Of a stretch of DNA of 25,620 bases, positions 1-8,633 are shown in pieces. The notes under the pieces were generated by a model that worked only from the letters and a program-made list of their open reading frames with translations, searched no databases and was not told where the DNA came from. Location: positions 1-25,620 of the IMG/VR virus record IMGVR_UViG_3300033076_001320; one strand, 5' to 3'. The translations under genes and the position numbers were made by a program. Numbering within the stretch: position 1 is the stretch's first letter; each line of letters opens with the position of its first letter. Source of the stretch: a virus (taxonomy: Duplodnaviria > Caudoviricetes).

Positions 1-538
1 TTGCAATCCCGACACCATAATAATGTGTCATGGTCAGACACATCTTGATTGGATAGAAGACCAACCAATAGAGGTTATAGCCTAAACAATTCAACCAACA
101 TTGCTTTCGCAGATATATCTCACAAAAGAATTTGTAAGGAAGACTATAGACTCGAAGAATAAGAAACAAATATTCTTTATAGGATCCATGGCATACAAGG
201 CAGTTCTGAATGCGTCTGCACCATACTGCGCAGCAAAGGCAGGACTTGCACACTTTGCAAACTGCATAGCATGGGAACTTGCTCCGAAAAACTATGATGT
301 CTATACATTGCATCCAAGCAACACAGAAGACACACCAATGACGAAACACACAATAGAATCTGTTGCTAGGTACAGAGGCATATCTATGGAAGATGCAGAA
401 AAATATTGGGGCTCTGTTCTGCCAAAGGATAGGTGGCTTCAAAAAGAAGACATTGCTAATTTAGTCAACTATCTTATCAATGATGAATCTGGGTATCTTA
501 GTGGTTGCAATTTAGAGATGAAAGGAGGCCAAAGATGA
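1..538 (+). CDS. Short-chain dehydrogenase/reductase (SDR), 5'-truncated by the window and interrupted by an in-frame TAA at 83-85
   Basis: Catalytic Ser (FIGSMA) and YxxxK (YCAAK), followed by 'ELAP..V..L.P' and a C-terminal 'YLSG..L.M.GG' typical of SDRs. The same frame upstream of 101 reads CNPDTIIMCHGQTHLDWIEDQPIEVIA*TIQPTL, which matches the SDR 'DILVNNAG...E....I..NL' region. Confidence 0.85.
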
Positions 539-870
539 ATGCTTTGGAATTAATGAAAGAAGCAGCAAGGACTTATGAAGAGAGAAGCAAGATTTATAAG
601 TCGAGCTATATAAAGAATGGAAAGGTTCTTGAAGCATTATTTCCTGATGGCTTTCCGCAGGTTAAGACAGAGGACGACCACAACAGAATGGTTTTATTCT
701 GCATGCTTATAACAAAACTTGTTAGGTATGCAAATAATTACAGCGAACCGCATATAGACAGCATACATGATCTTGGAGTCTATTGCTTCATGCAAGAAGA
801 GCTTGATCGTACATGGCACAAGAAAAGAGATGCTGAAGAAGCTAAAATTTACAAAGGATCCCAACAATGA
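535..870 (+). CDS. All-alpha NTP-pyrophosphatase-like / nucleotide-modification-associated protein (DUF1599/DUF6378-like), 111 aa
   Basis: ATG at 535 overlaps the SDR stop (ATGA), with RBS AAGGAGG at 522-528. Motifs 'EER..IY..SY', 'KLVRY' and 'DSIHDLGVY' resemble the MazG/dUTPase-fold phage Nmad1-like families. Confidence 0.6.
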   Translation: MNALELMKEAARTYEERSKIYKSSYIKNGKVLEALFPDGFPQVKTEDDHNRMVLFCMLITKLVRYANNYSEPHIDSIHDLGVYCFMQEELDRTWHKKRDAEEAKIYKGSQQ

Positions 871-1412
871 CAAAACACTATATATTTGCGGATTGCGAGA
901 CGACTGGCCTCTGCAAGGCAGAATCCTCCGCACTCTCTCTGCAACCATACATCACAGAAATCTGCCTCATAAAAACTACAGAAGATCTTGAGATAGTTGA
1001 TCGCTATGTTCAAATGTTCAAGGTGCCGAATCCTTTGGAAGTGAAAGTGATTCAGATCACAGGCATCACAGACGAAATGCTGAAGGACAAGAATCCATTC
1101 GCAGCTCACTGGAAAGAGATTGCAGAGTTCTTTCTTGGCACTACGCGCTTCATCGCTCATAATGCTACGTACGACCATGATTGCATTCGTTATGAGCTTA
1201 TGCGCCTAGGGAAACAATATCGCTTTCCGTGGCCTCCGGAGATGATTTGCACTGTGGAGAAATCAATGCATTTTAAGAATTTTAGGCTCAATCTTGGCAA
1301 ATTGCACGAGCACTTATTTGGCAAAGCATTTGAAGGTGCGCACCGTGCTGAAGAAGATGTTGAAGCATTGATACGTTGCTATAAGAAAATGAGGGAGCTT
1401 AAGAATGGTTGA
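867..1412 (+). CDS. dnaQ: DEDDh 3'-5' exonuclease (DNA polymerase III epsilon-like)
   Basis: ExoI DCETTGL, ExoII AHNATYD, ExoIII AHRAEEDV. ATGA overlap with the upstream gene. Confidence 0.93.
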   Translation: MTKHYIFADCETTGLCKAESSALSLQPYITEICLIKTTEDLEIVDRYVQMFKVPNPLEVKVIQITGITDEMLKDKNPFAAHWKEIAEFFLGTTRFIAHNATYDHDCIRYELMRLGKQYRFPWPPEMICTVEKSMHFKNFRLNLGKLHEHLFGKAFEGAHRAEEDVEALIRCYKKMRELKNG

Positions 1413-1635
1413 AATTATAAAACTTAATATTGCGACAACTCTTGATATTCCTGCAGATGAAATGCTAAGGAATATAGCTGAGGAGAAGCCAAAGCATGCA
1501 TTCGTCATAGTCTGGCCTGAAAATGGAAAGCATCCAACTTATCATGCTTCGACATCTGACATGCCAGTGATTCTTTATCAGCTTCAAAGATTCTTTCACA
1601 AATGTTTTGATGGAAGCTTAGGAGACGACGAGTGA
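1405..1635 (+). CDS. Hypothetical protein, 76 aa
   Basis: Fills the dnaQ-dnaE gap and overlaps both genes (GTGA overlap with dnaE). GGAG lies upstream. Confidence 0.7.
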   Translation: MVEIIKLNIATTLDIPADEMLRNIAEEKPKHAFVIVWPENGKHPTYHASTSDMPVILYQLQRFFHKCFDGSLGDDE

Positions 1636-4600
1636 TCAACATAAAATGCCGCACTGAATATTCCTTCCGCTCTGCTTATGGCACGCTTGAAAAAGTTCTT
1701 GAGCGGAAAGGCTATGGCATTTGTGACCGCAATGGCACTTGGGGTCATGTTCAGTTTTCTAAAGCAGCTAAGAAGAAAGGAATAAAGCCTGTTTTTGGAG
1801 TTGAGCTTGCTGTCGTTAATAATGCAAAGGAAAAAGAAAAGCAGACACACAATTGGATGTCATTTATAGCAAAAACCAACAAAGGATTGCAAGAAATATA
1901 TGAGCTTACCACATTGGCAACAGATCAGTTCTATTATATTCCGCGCATTGATTATTCTGACATTTTTGGGTTATCTGATGATGTTGCTATTCTTTCTGGC
2001 TCTTTTCCGGACTTTGCATCTTTACCAAGGAAAGCTCTAAATGTTTATATAGAACTGTCTCCTTCTTCTGACGAAAGACTTCTGAAATTCGCAAACGAAA
2101 AAGGCTATAAAGTGATAGCAACATCAGACAACTTTTACCCATCCCCGGAGGATAAATATATCTATGAAATTATTGCTAGTTCAAATAAAGATAGTAGAAC
2201 CACACCAATGCACCTACTTGATGAGTGGGAATGGAGAGATTCACTCCCTTGGGCTCCTGAAGTGGCTATACAGGAAGCTAAGATATTATATGACGCGTGC
2301 AATGCTAGTCTTCCACAAGCCGAGCTGGTTCATTTTAGATCCGATGCAACACTCCTGGAGCTATGCATGGCTGGTGCGGCACGATGAGGATGCAGGATTG
2401 ATCATCCAGAATATGTTGCAAGACTTGAAAGAGAATTGGAACTAATTAAACAAAAGAAATTTGAGGATTATTTTTATGTTATCGCAGATCTGGTTAATTA
2501 TGCAAAGAAGCATATGCTCGTTGGTCCTGCTCGTGGTTCTTCTTGTGGAAGTCTTGTCTGTTATCTTCTTGGTATCACTGATATCGATCCTATTCCTTAT
2601 GACCTTCTCTTTGAGCGTTTTATTGATATCAATCGCGAAGACCTTCCAGACATTGACATCGATTTTCAAGACGATCGCAGAGAGCTCGTTTTCAGTTATC
2701 TTAGAGAAAAATATGGAGCTGACAAGGTTGCGCGACTCGGCACTGTTATGCGTTATAAAGCAAAAAGTGCGATTGACGACGTTTCTAGGGAGCTGTCTAT
2801 CCCGACTTGGGAAGTTAAAGATCTAAAGGAAGCAATGATCGAGCGGAGCAGTGGCGATAGCCGCGCACAGTTCTGCATCCTTGACACCTTTCAATCACTA
2901 GAAATAGGAAAAAAGACTCTCGAAAAATATCCTGAGCTCGAAGCAGCAGGACACATGGAAGGCCACGCTCGTCAGAGCGGTCAGCACGCAGCTGGCGTAC
3001 TTGTTACTGCAGATCCTGTTTACAAATATTGTTCTGTTGATAAGAAGACAGGTGCAGCAATGATTGACAAGAAGGATGCTGAAGATCTAAATATGCTGAA
3101 GATTGACGCATTAGGACTCCGCACTCTGTCTGTAATCCAGGACACCCTCGACCAGATAGGCTGGACAAGAGACAAGCTACTTGAGCATCCAATGGACGAC
3201 GATGCAGCTTTCTCTGTTCTGACAAATGGAAGATTCTCTGGCATCTTTCAATTTGAAGGATTTGCACTTCAAAACATATGCCGACAAATGCCCATAAAGC
3301 GTTTTGAGGACATTGCAGCTATCACAGCCCTTGCTCGGCCTGGACCACTTACGTCCGGAGGAACGAGTGAGTATGTAAAGAGGCACAATGGAGAGAAAGA
3401 GATTGAATATGTGCATGAATCATTAAAGGATTATTTAGGCAATACACATGGAATTCTTATCTATCAAGAGCAAGTCCTGCAGATATCAAGAAATGTAGGA
3501 AAATTATCCTGGGAGGACACATCAACTCTCCGCAAGGCAATGAGTAAGTCTTTCGGCAAAGAGTATTTTGACCAATTCAAAGTCAGATTTATCGCTGGAG
3601 CTAAAGAAAATGGAATCGAAGAAAAAGATTCTGCAACTATTTGGGACAACATGTGTACGTTTGGCGCGTGGGGATTTAATAAATGTATGTCCGGAGACAC
3701 AAAAGTAAAACTTGCTTATTCAAATAAAGAACTGAATCAATGCACTATTGCTGAGCTGTATGAAAAATATGTTGCAAACCCATCTTCTTGGATAAAGCAG
3801 CGAAAGAGCATGCCTTGGCTTGTGTCTTTTGATGGATCCTCTGGAAAGCCACAAATGGCAAAAACCATTCACAGAAATGGAATTAAGAGTTGCTGGAAAT
3901 ATACATTTGATGACGGCTCAGAAGTTGAGTGCACAAGAGAGCACAAGTTTATAATTGAAGGTGAGTGGAAAGCCATCAAGGAAGCAAGAATTGGAGATAA
4001 ATTTGTTTTCATAAAACAGACAACAACCCCTTATGTAAAAAAAGGATTCTCTTCAAAAGGAAAACGATATGGAAGATGTCAAGAAGGATTTCCCACAGGA
4101 GAGAACAATCCATCTTACACAAATGGCAAGACAAAAGCCATGGATCAATTCATTCTAGCAAATAAAAATGACTCTTGCAATGACTGTGGAAAATATCACA
4201 GAAGGATGGAAGCTCACCATAATGATTTTAATGAAGGAAGAGATCTGCCAAAGGATCTGGCTTGGCTATGCCCAAGCTGCCATAAGAAAAGACATTATGC
4301 ACATAACAGAACAAAGGCTTGGGATATAGGTTACATTCCAACTTTCAGAAATTTGGCAAAAGTAGAATTTGTTGGCGAGAAAGAAACTTACGACATAGAA
4401 ATGCCAAATATTCATAACTTTTGTCTTGAAAATGGACTGGTGACTCATAATAGCCATGCAGTAGCCTATGGCCTAGTTTCCTATTGGTGCTGCGTCCTGA
4501 AGGCTCACTTTCCTCTGGAATACGCTGCAGCATGCCTCCGGAACAGCAAGGATGAAGAACAGGCAAAGACACTTATTCGCGAATTAGTTCGGGAGGGATT

Positions 4601-5198
4601 CAAGTATAAGATATTTGACAGAGAGCATTCAGACAAAAATTGGTCAGTAAAAGATGGAATATTGCTTGGAGGTCTGCTGAATATTAAAGGTGTTGGACAG
4701 AAGATGGCAGAGGACATAGTTAAGCGTAGAGCCTCTGGAATAGCACTTTCTCCAAGACAGGAGAAGCTTTTGAACAATCCAGAAACTCCTTATGATCATA
4801 TTTTTGAAGCTAAAGAGAAATTCGGACATCTTTATAAAGATCCAGAGAAGTATGGATTAAGCATTTCACCAACAGAGATAGTTGACGTTACAGATGCAGA
4901 AGAAAAGGAATATATCATAATCGGGAAGCTTATGACCAAAAACCTGCGAGACCTGAATGAGGTGATCAACGTTCAGAAACGTGGCGGAAGGATGTTGACA
5001 AGTCACACAGAGATGCTAAACTTTAGCATAAGCGACGATACAGGCCAGCTAAGGTGCAACATAGGAAGATATGATTATCCAAAAATAGGAAAGCAGATAG
5101 TAGAAGAAGGAAAGATAGGAGACTGGTATGCATTCAAAGGAATTGTTCGCAAGGGATTTATGTCATTGAGTGTAAAAAAGTGGAGGAAGCTAACATAA
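1632..5198 (+). CDS. dnaE: DNA polymerase III alpha subunit (family C, DnaE-like). One reading frame with an in-frame TGA at 2385-2387 and an intein at 3684-4451
   Basis: ORFs 1632-2387 (PHP-like: RTEYSF, KPVFGVEL, TSDNFY) and 2436-5198 (GPARGSSCGSLV, LLFERF, catalytic PDIDIDF and KIDALGL, HAAG, GIFQFE, YQEQ, FNK/SHA, C-terminal OB-fold 'ISDDTG') are in the same frame. The intervening codons read GCRIDHPEYVARLERE, the conserved 'Y..RL..EL..I' motif. Confidence 0.93.
3684..4451 (+). mobile_element. Intein (256 aa) with an HNH homing endonuclease, inserted in DnaE between FNK and SHA
   Basis: Block A CMSGDTKV, block B ECTREHKF, block F TYDIEMPNIHNF, terminal LVTHN followed by Ser(+1). Removal restores GFNK-SHAVAY. 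Internal CNDC...EAHHND...LAWLCPSCHKKRH is an HNH zinc-binding nuclease signature. Confidence 0.95.
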
Positions 5199-5203
5199 AA
5201 CAT

Positions 5204-5232
5204 TTTCCTATAAATATTTTTTAGCGCATAAT
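5204..5232 (+). promoter_or_regulatory. Possible sigma70-type promoter upstream of the helicase
   Basis: The longest intergenic gap in the + block, AT-rich: TTTCCT (5204-5209), 17 nt, CATAAT (5227-5232), then RBS AAGGA. Confidence 0.3.
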
Positions 5233-5256
5233 AGAAAGCAAGAAAGGACAAAAAGA

Positions 5257-7023
5257 ATGAGTAAGTTGAGTGTTAAACTGTGGAAAGACAAGGCATTCCT
5301 GAATGGAGACTTTCAGGATCTACGCAGAATTGCCCTCGAGCTTCCTGGATTCAAAAAATTCGTAAATGACTCTCTTATGTTTGAGCCATCAGGCAAGAAT
5401 ATAGAACATCTCATGGCTTCTGATGACATTGAATGGATAGGAGAGGCAGGAGAGCTATTTAAGAATCATCAAGATAGGATAAAGAAAGAGATAGTGTTAA
5501 TCTCCAATAAGTCAGACCCAGAGAATTGGAGTCCCTCCGGGAATAGCTTCAAATTCAAGCACAAGCCATTTGATCACCAGCTTAAGGCGTGGTTTTTGAG
5601 CAAAGATCAGGAGTATTATGGCTATTTCATGGAGATGGGAACAGGAAAAACTAAGGTAATTATTGACAATGCTGCCTATCTGTGGGAAAAAGGAGAAATA
5701 GAGTGCTTGGTGATAGTTGCTCCAAACGGAGTTAATGCTCAGTGGATAAATGAGCAGGTGCCAGAGCACATGCCTGATTGGGTTGAATATGAGTCTGCTA
5801 TTTATCGTGCAAGTGACAAGAAGATGCTCAAAGAAGTTGAGCAGATTTACGACTCAGAGAAGAAGAGACTCAAGATCGTTGCGTTCAATATAGAATCATT
5901 CTCAAACCAAAAAGGAATAAACTATATAGGCGCATTCTTGAAAAAGTTCCCAAGCATGCTTGCAATAGACGAAAGCACACGCATCAAAACTCCAGGAAGC
6001 CAACGAGCAAAGAATGCACTGAAATTGGCTCCTCTTGCGAAGTATCGTCGCATCATGAGTGGTGCACCTGTAACAAAAGGATATGAGGATCTGTATGCAC
6101 AGCTCAAATTTCTTCATCCTGACGTACTTGGCTTTAATTCTTTCTATACTTTCCGCAACTATCATTGCATTATGGGTGGGTTTGAAAGCAGGCAAGTCGT
6201 TGGTTACCGGCCAAATGCCATAAAAGAGCTCGAGAAAAGAATAGAGACTTACACATTCAGGATAACGAAAAAGGAATGCTTAGATCTTCCCGAGAAAATA
6301 TACATAAAGAGAAGCGTAGAGCTTACACAAGAGCAGAAAGACATATACAAAAAGATAGAAAAAGAGCTAGAAATAGACCTCGCAATGGTCAAAAATATGG
6401 CGAAAGGAGGGAATGCCATTCCAAAAGAAGTTGATTCTGCTCTCATGGCAGCCATAACAAAAATGCTTCGAATGCAACAGGTCATATGTGGACACTTTGT
6501 CATTGAAGATGAGGAAAAAGAAACTAGCCAAACAATACAGCTAGAGAATAATAGAATTGACGTTCTTATGGACTGCATAGAAGAAGCACAAGGAAAAGTC
6601 ATTGTGTGGAGCAGATTCGTAAATGACATAAAGCTCATAAGCAAGAGAATGACTGAAGGAAAGATAGGGCATGTTCTTTATTATGGAGATGTTAAGCAGA
6701 ACGACAGAGATGCAGCCATAAAAAGATTCCGAGAGGATCCTTCTTGTAAAGTTTTCCTCGCACAACCAGCCTCCGGAGGGACAGGATTAAACCTTGCTGT
6801 GGCTGATACGGTGATTTATTACAGCAATGACTTCAATGCAGATACAAGGTGGCAGTCAGAGGACAGAGCACATCGCATTGGCCAGAAAAACAATGTTACT
6901 TACATTGACCTAATTTCTCCAGGAACAATAGACACAAAGATCCTAAGTTCTTTAATGGAGAAGAAAAATCTAGCAGATGCTTTGCTAGACAATCCAAGAA
7001 AATTTGTCGGGGAGGATGTATGA
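5257..7023 (+). CDS. SNF2-family superfamily 2 helicase/ATPase
   Basis: Motif I MEMGTGKT, II DEST, III SGAP, V GGTGLNL, VI QSEDRAHRIGQ. Confidence 0.95.
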   Translation: MSKLSVKLWKDKAFLNGDFQDLRRIALELPGFKKFVNDSLMFEPSGKNIEHLMASDDIEWIGEAGELFKNHQDRIKKEIVLISNKSDPENWSPSGNSFKFKHKPFDHQLKAWFLSKDQEYYGYFMEMGTGKTKVIIDNAAYLWEKGEIECLVIVAPNGVNAQWINEQVPEHMPDWVEYESAIYRASDKKMLKEVEQIYDSEKKRLKIVAFNIESFSNQKGINYIGAFLKKFPSMLAIDESTRIKTPGSQRAKNALKLAPLAKYRRIMSGAPVTKGYEDLYAQLKFLHPDVLGFNSFYTFRNYHCIMGGFESRQVVGYRPNAIKELEKRIETYTFRITKKECLDLPEKIYIKRSVELTQEQKDIYKKIEKELEIDLAMVKNMAKGGNAIPKEVDSALMAAITKMLRMQQVICGHFVIEDEEKETSQTIQLENNRIDVLMDCIEEAQGKVIVWSRFVNDIKLISKRMTEGKIGHVLYYGDVKQNDRDAAIKRFREDPSCKVFLAQPASGGTGLNLAVADTVIYYSNDFNADTRWQSEDRAHRIGQKNNVTYIDLISPGTIDTKILSSLMEKKNLADALLDNPRKFVGEDV

Positions 7024-7205
7024 GTAATGTTGTTGGAGCAATAGGCAAAAGATATTGCATACTTATGGGAGAAGATGGGAAGTGGATTCTTTATGACAAG
7101 CATTGTGAGCAGACGTTAGCTTGCAATCATGTTGATCAGAATAAAGTGAATTTGATACTTTCTGAGCACAGTCAGGAATCAAGAGAAATAATTTCCAGCT
7201 TATAA
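7020..7205 (+). CDS. Hypothetical protein, 61 aa
   Basis: ATGA overlap with the helicase stop and GGAGG RBS. Confidence 0.7.
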   Translation: MSNVVGAIGKRYCILMGEDGKWILYDKHCEQTLACNHVDQNKVNLILSEHSQESREIISSL

Positions 7206-7216
7206 CAGGAGGATTT

Positions 7217-7384
7217 ATGAAGAATATAGACAGCATAAGTTTGACAGATTTGTGTGATAGGATAAAATTTCTTGAGGCGTCTGTTCAGACGCACGAAAGA
7301 CAGCTCAAGAAATTGATGAAGCGATACTACAATAATATAGAGAGAGACAATACACCTTCATTCTTTCAATTCATGGAGGAATAG
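7217..7384 (+). CDS. Hypothetical coiled-coil protein, 55 aa (not in ORF track)
   Basis: AGGAGG at 7207-7212, ATG at 7217, TAG at 7382-7384. Sequence MKNIDSISLTDLCDRIKFLEASVQTHERQLKKLMKRYYNNIERDNTPSFFQFMEE fills the gap almost exactly. Confidence 0.8.
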   Translation: MKNIDSISLTDLCDRIKFLEASVQTHERQLKKLMKRYYNNIERDNTPSFFQFMEE

Positions 7385-7387
7385 GGC

Positions 7388-7813
7388 ATGAAAAGGAGAG
7401 CATTCACAAGCAAAGACATCTCAATGATGACTTATCTAGCCTCTGTAGATCTTACAATCTCTGCAATTGCAGAAAGAATGAATAGGACTCCAGGATCGGT
7501 TGCAAATAAGATGAAACGGCTCGGGATTGTGCGACCATCGCAAATAGGAGACATGCAGAGAAAAGAAGCATTAAAAGATATATGCAAAGAGAGGAGGCGC
7601 TGTATAATAGAACAAAGAGCCAAACAAGAGCAGAGAGATCTAGAGAGCTTTAGAGCAATAAGTCCATGCATAACTGAGAGGTGGCAAAGAGCGATACAAT
7701 ATACAAAAGCAAAGATAGTAGAAATAAATGGACAGAAGATCTATGCAATCAATGGCAAGCCAGTGACAATATTTCGGATAATGGAGATTTACAATGGCAG
7801 CATAATCAAATAG
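7388..7813 (+). CDS. Helix-turn-helix DNA-binding protein (GcrA/Myb-like N-terminus)
   Basis: GGAGG RBS. N-terminal FTSKDISMMTYLASVDLTISAIAERMNRTPGSVANKMKRLGI fits the 'WT..E...L......S...IA..L.RT..AV..K..RLGL' HTH pattern. Confidence 0.65.
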   Translation: MKRRAFTSKDISMMTYLASVDLTISAIAERMNRTPGSVANKMKRLGIVRPSQIGDMQRKEALKDICKERRRCIIEQRAKQEQRDLESFRAISPCITERWQRAIQYTKAKIVEINGQKIYAINGKPVTIFRIMEIYNGSIIK

Positions 7814-7851
7814 CTAAAAATACCACCACGCACAAAGGATTGAGCTGCCCA

Positions 7852-8238
7852 TTAGCGAGTTACCCCCTTGACCTTTTCAAGCGTTCTTAGTCCACCCATG
7901 CCGAGCATCCCGAACATAAGCTGCCATAGGTTATCGTCTAGGCTTGGGAACTCCGGAACAACTACATGAGCAGCGGCAAACCCCCACGTTGCGAATGGTA
8001 CGATTAGATAGGTGTAGAACAAAGCAAGAGCGCAAACCCATCCTATCGCTGGCCTCCAACCCGATACAAATATATTGGTATTCGCCGCCTCTACCGCATT
8101 TACTTGATTCTGCTGTGCGTCCCATGCCTGTAGCGCATTCATAAGCGCAAGCTGCTGCTCGGCGCGTTGCTTGGGGTCTGGGATTAAATCCAGTGCTTTG
8201 CCGATTAATGGAGATAGAAAACCTAGGATTGGTGCCAT
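7852..8238 (-). CDS. Holin (GTA-type 3TM holin family-like)
   Basis: 'SGWRPAIGW', hydrophobic segments and a basic C-terminus 'MLGMGGLRTLEKVKG' typical of this family. Adjacent to the putative endolysin. Confidence 0.85.
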   Translation of the reverse strand: MAPILGFLSPLIGKALDLIPDPKQRAEQQLALMNALQAWDAQQNQVNAVEAANTNIFVSGWRPAIGWVCALALFYTYLIVPFATWGFAAAHVVVPEFPSLDDNLWQLMFGMLGMGGLRTLEKVKGVTR

Positions 8239-8633
8239 TGTGCTATCTCAATTTCTATGAACTCCCCAGAATCTTTTGCTGATTGCAAAAGTGGCATCAA
8301 CTTAGCCATTGCGTCGCGGCTGCGCCCAACTCCATGAGTTAGCCTTGTCAGGCCAACAAGAATACAGCCAGCAGTATCTTCTTTTGTATTTCCAGAATGA
8401 ATGCGAATGCCATCGAAATTCGGAACATCTTTTAACAAAGGCAACACTTTCTGAAATTTATTGCTCCATGTTAGAACAATCTCATATTTTCCTTCAGGAA
8501 TTGCCGTCTGTCCCTTTATCTTTTTATCCCTTATTGCATCCTCGCAAGTAAAGCAGAAAAACTCTCCATCAATGGACATCTCTCCCAAAGTATATTCATC
8601 ATTGCATATGTCCCGCTCTAGCAATATATTCAT
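8223..8633 (-). CDS. Putative endolysin, DUF5675 family (L,D-transpeptidase-like His/Cys motif), 136 aa
   Basis: 'TLG...IDG.F.C.T.ED', 'TAIPEGKY' and 'IRIHSGNT..DT.GCILVG'. Probable start is ATG 8633 with GGAGA upstream, not 8756. Confidence 0.8.
   Translation of the reverse strand: MNILLERDICNDEYTLGEMSIDGEFFCFTCEDAIRDKKIKGQTAIPEGKYEIVLTWSNKFQKVLPLLKDVPNFDGIRIHSGNTKEDTAGCILVGLTRLTHGVGRSRDAMAKLMPLLQSAKDSGEFIEIEIAQWHQS

Noticed and set aside
2164-2445. Overlapping +1 ORF spanning the dnaE stop as a frameshift bypass
   Set aside because: Its translation has no DnaE similarity, the conserved residues stay in the main frame on both sides of the stop, and no slippery sequence is evident.
1632-5198. 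Split (trans-splicing) intein or intron joining the two dnaE ORFs
   Set aside because: There are no intein motifs at the end of the first ORF or the start of the second, and no intervening sequence: the 48 nt between them encode conserved DnaE residues. The only intein is contiguous.
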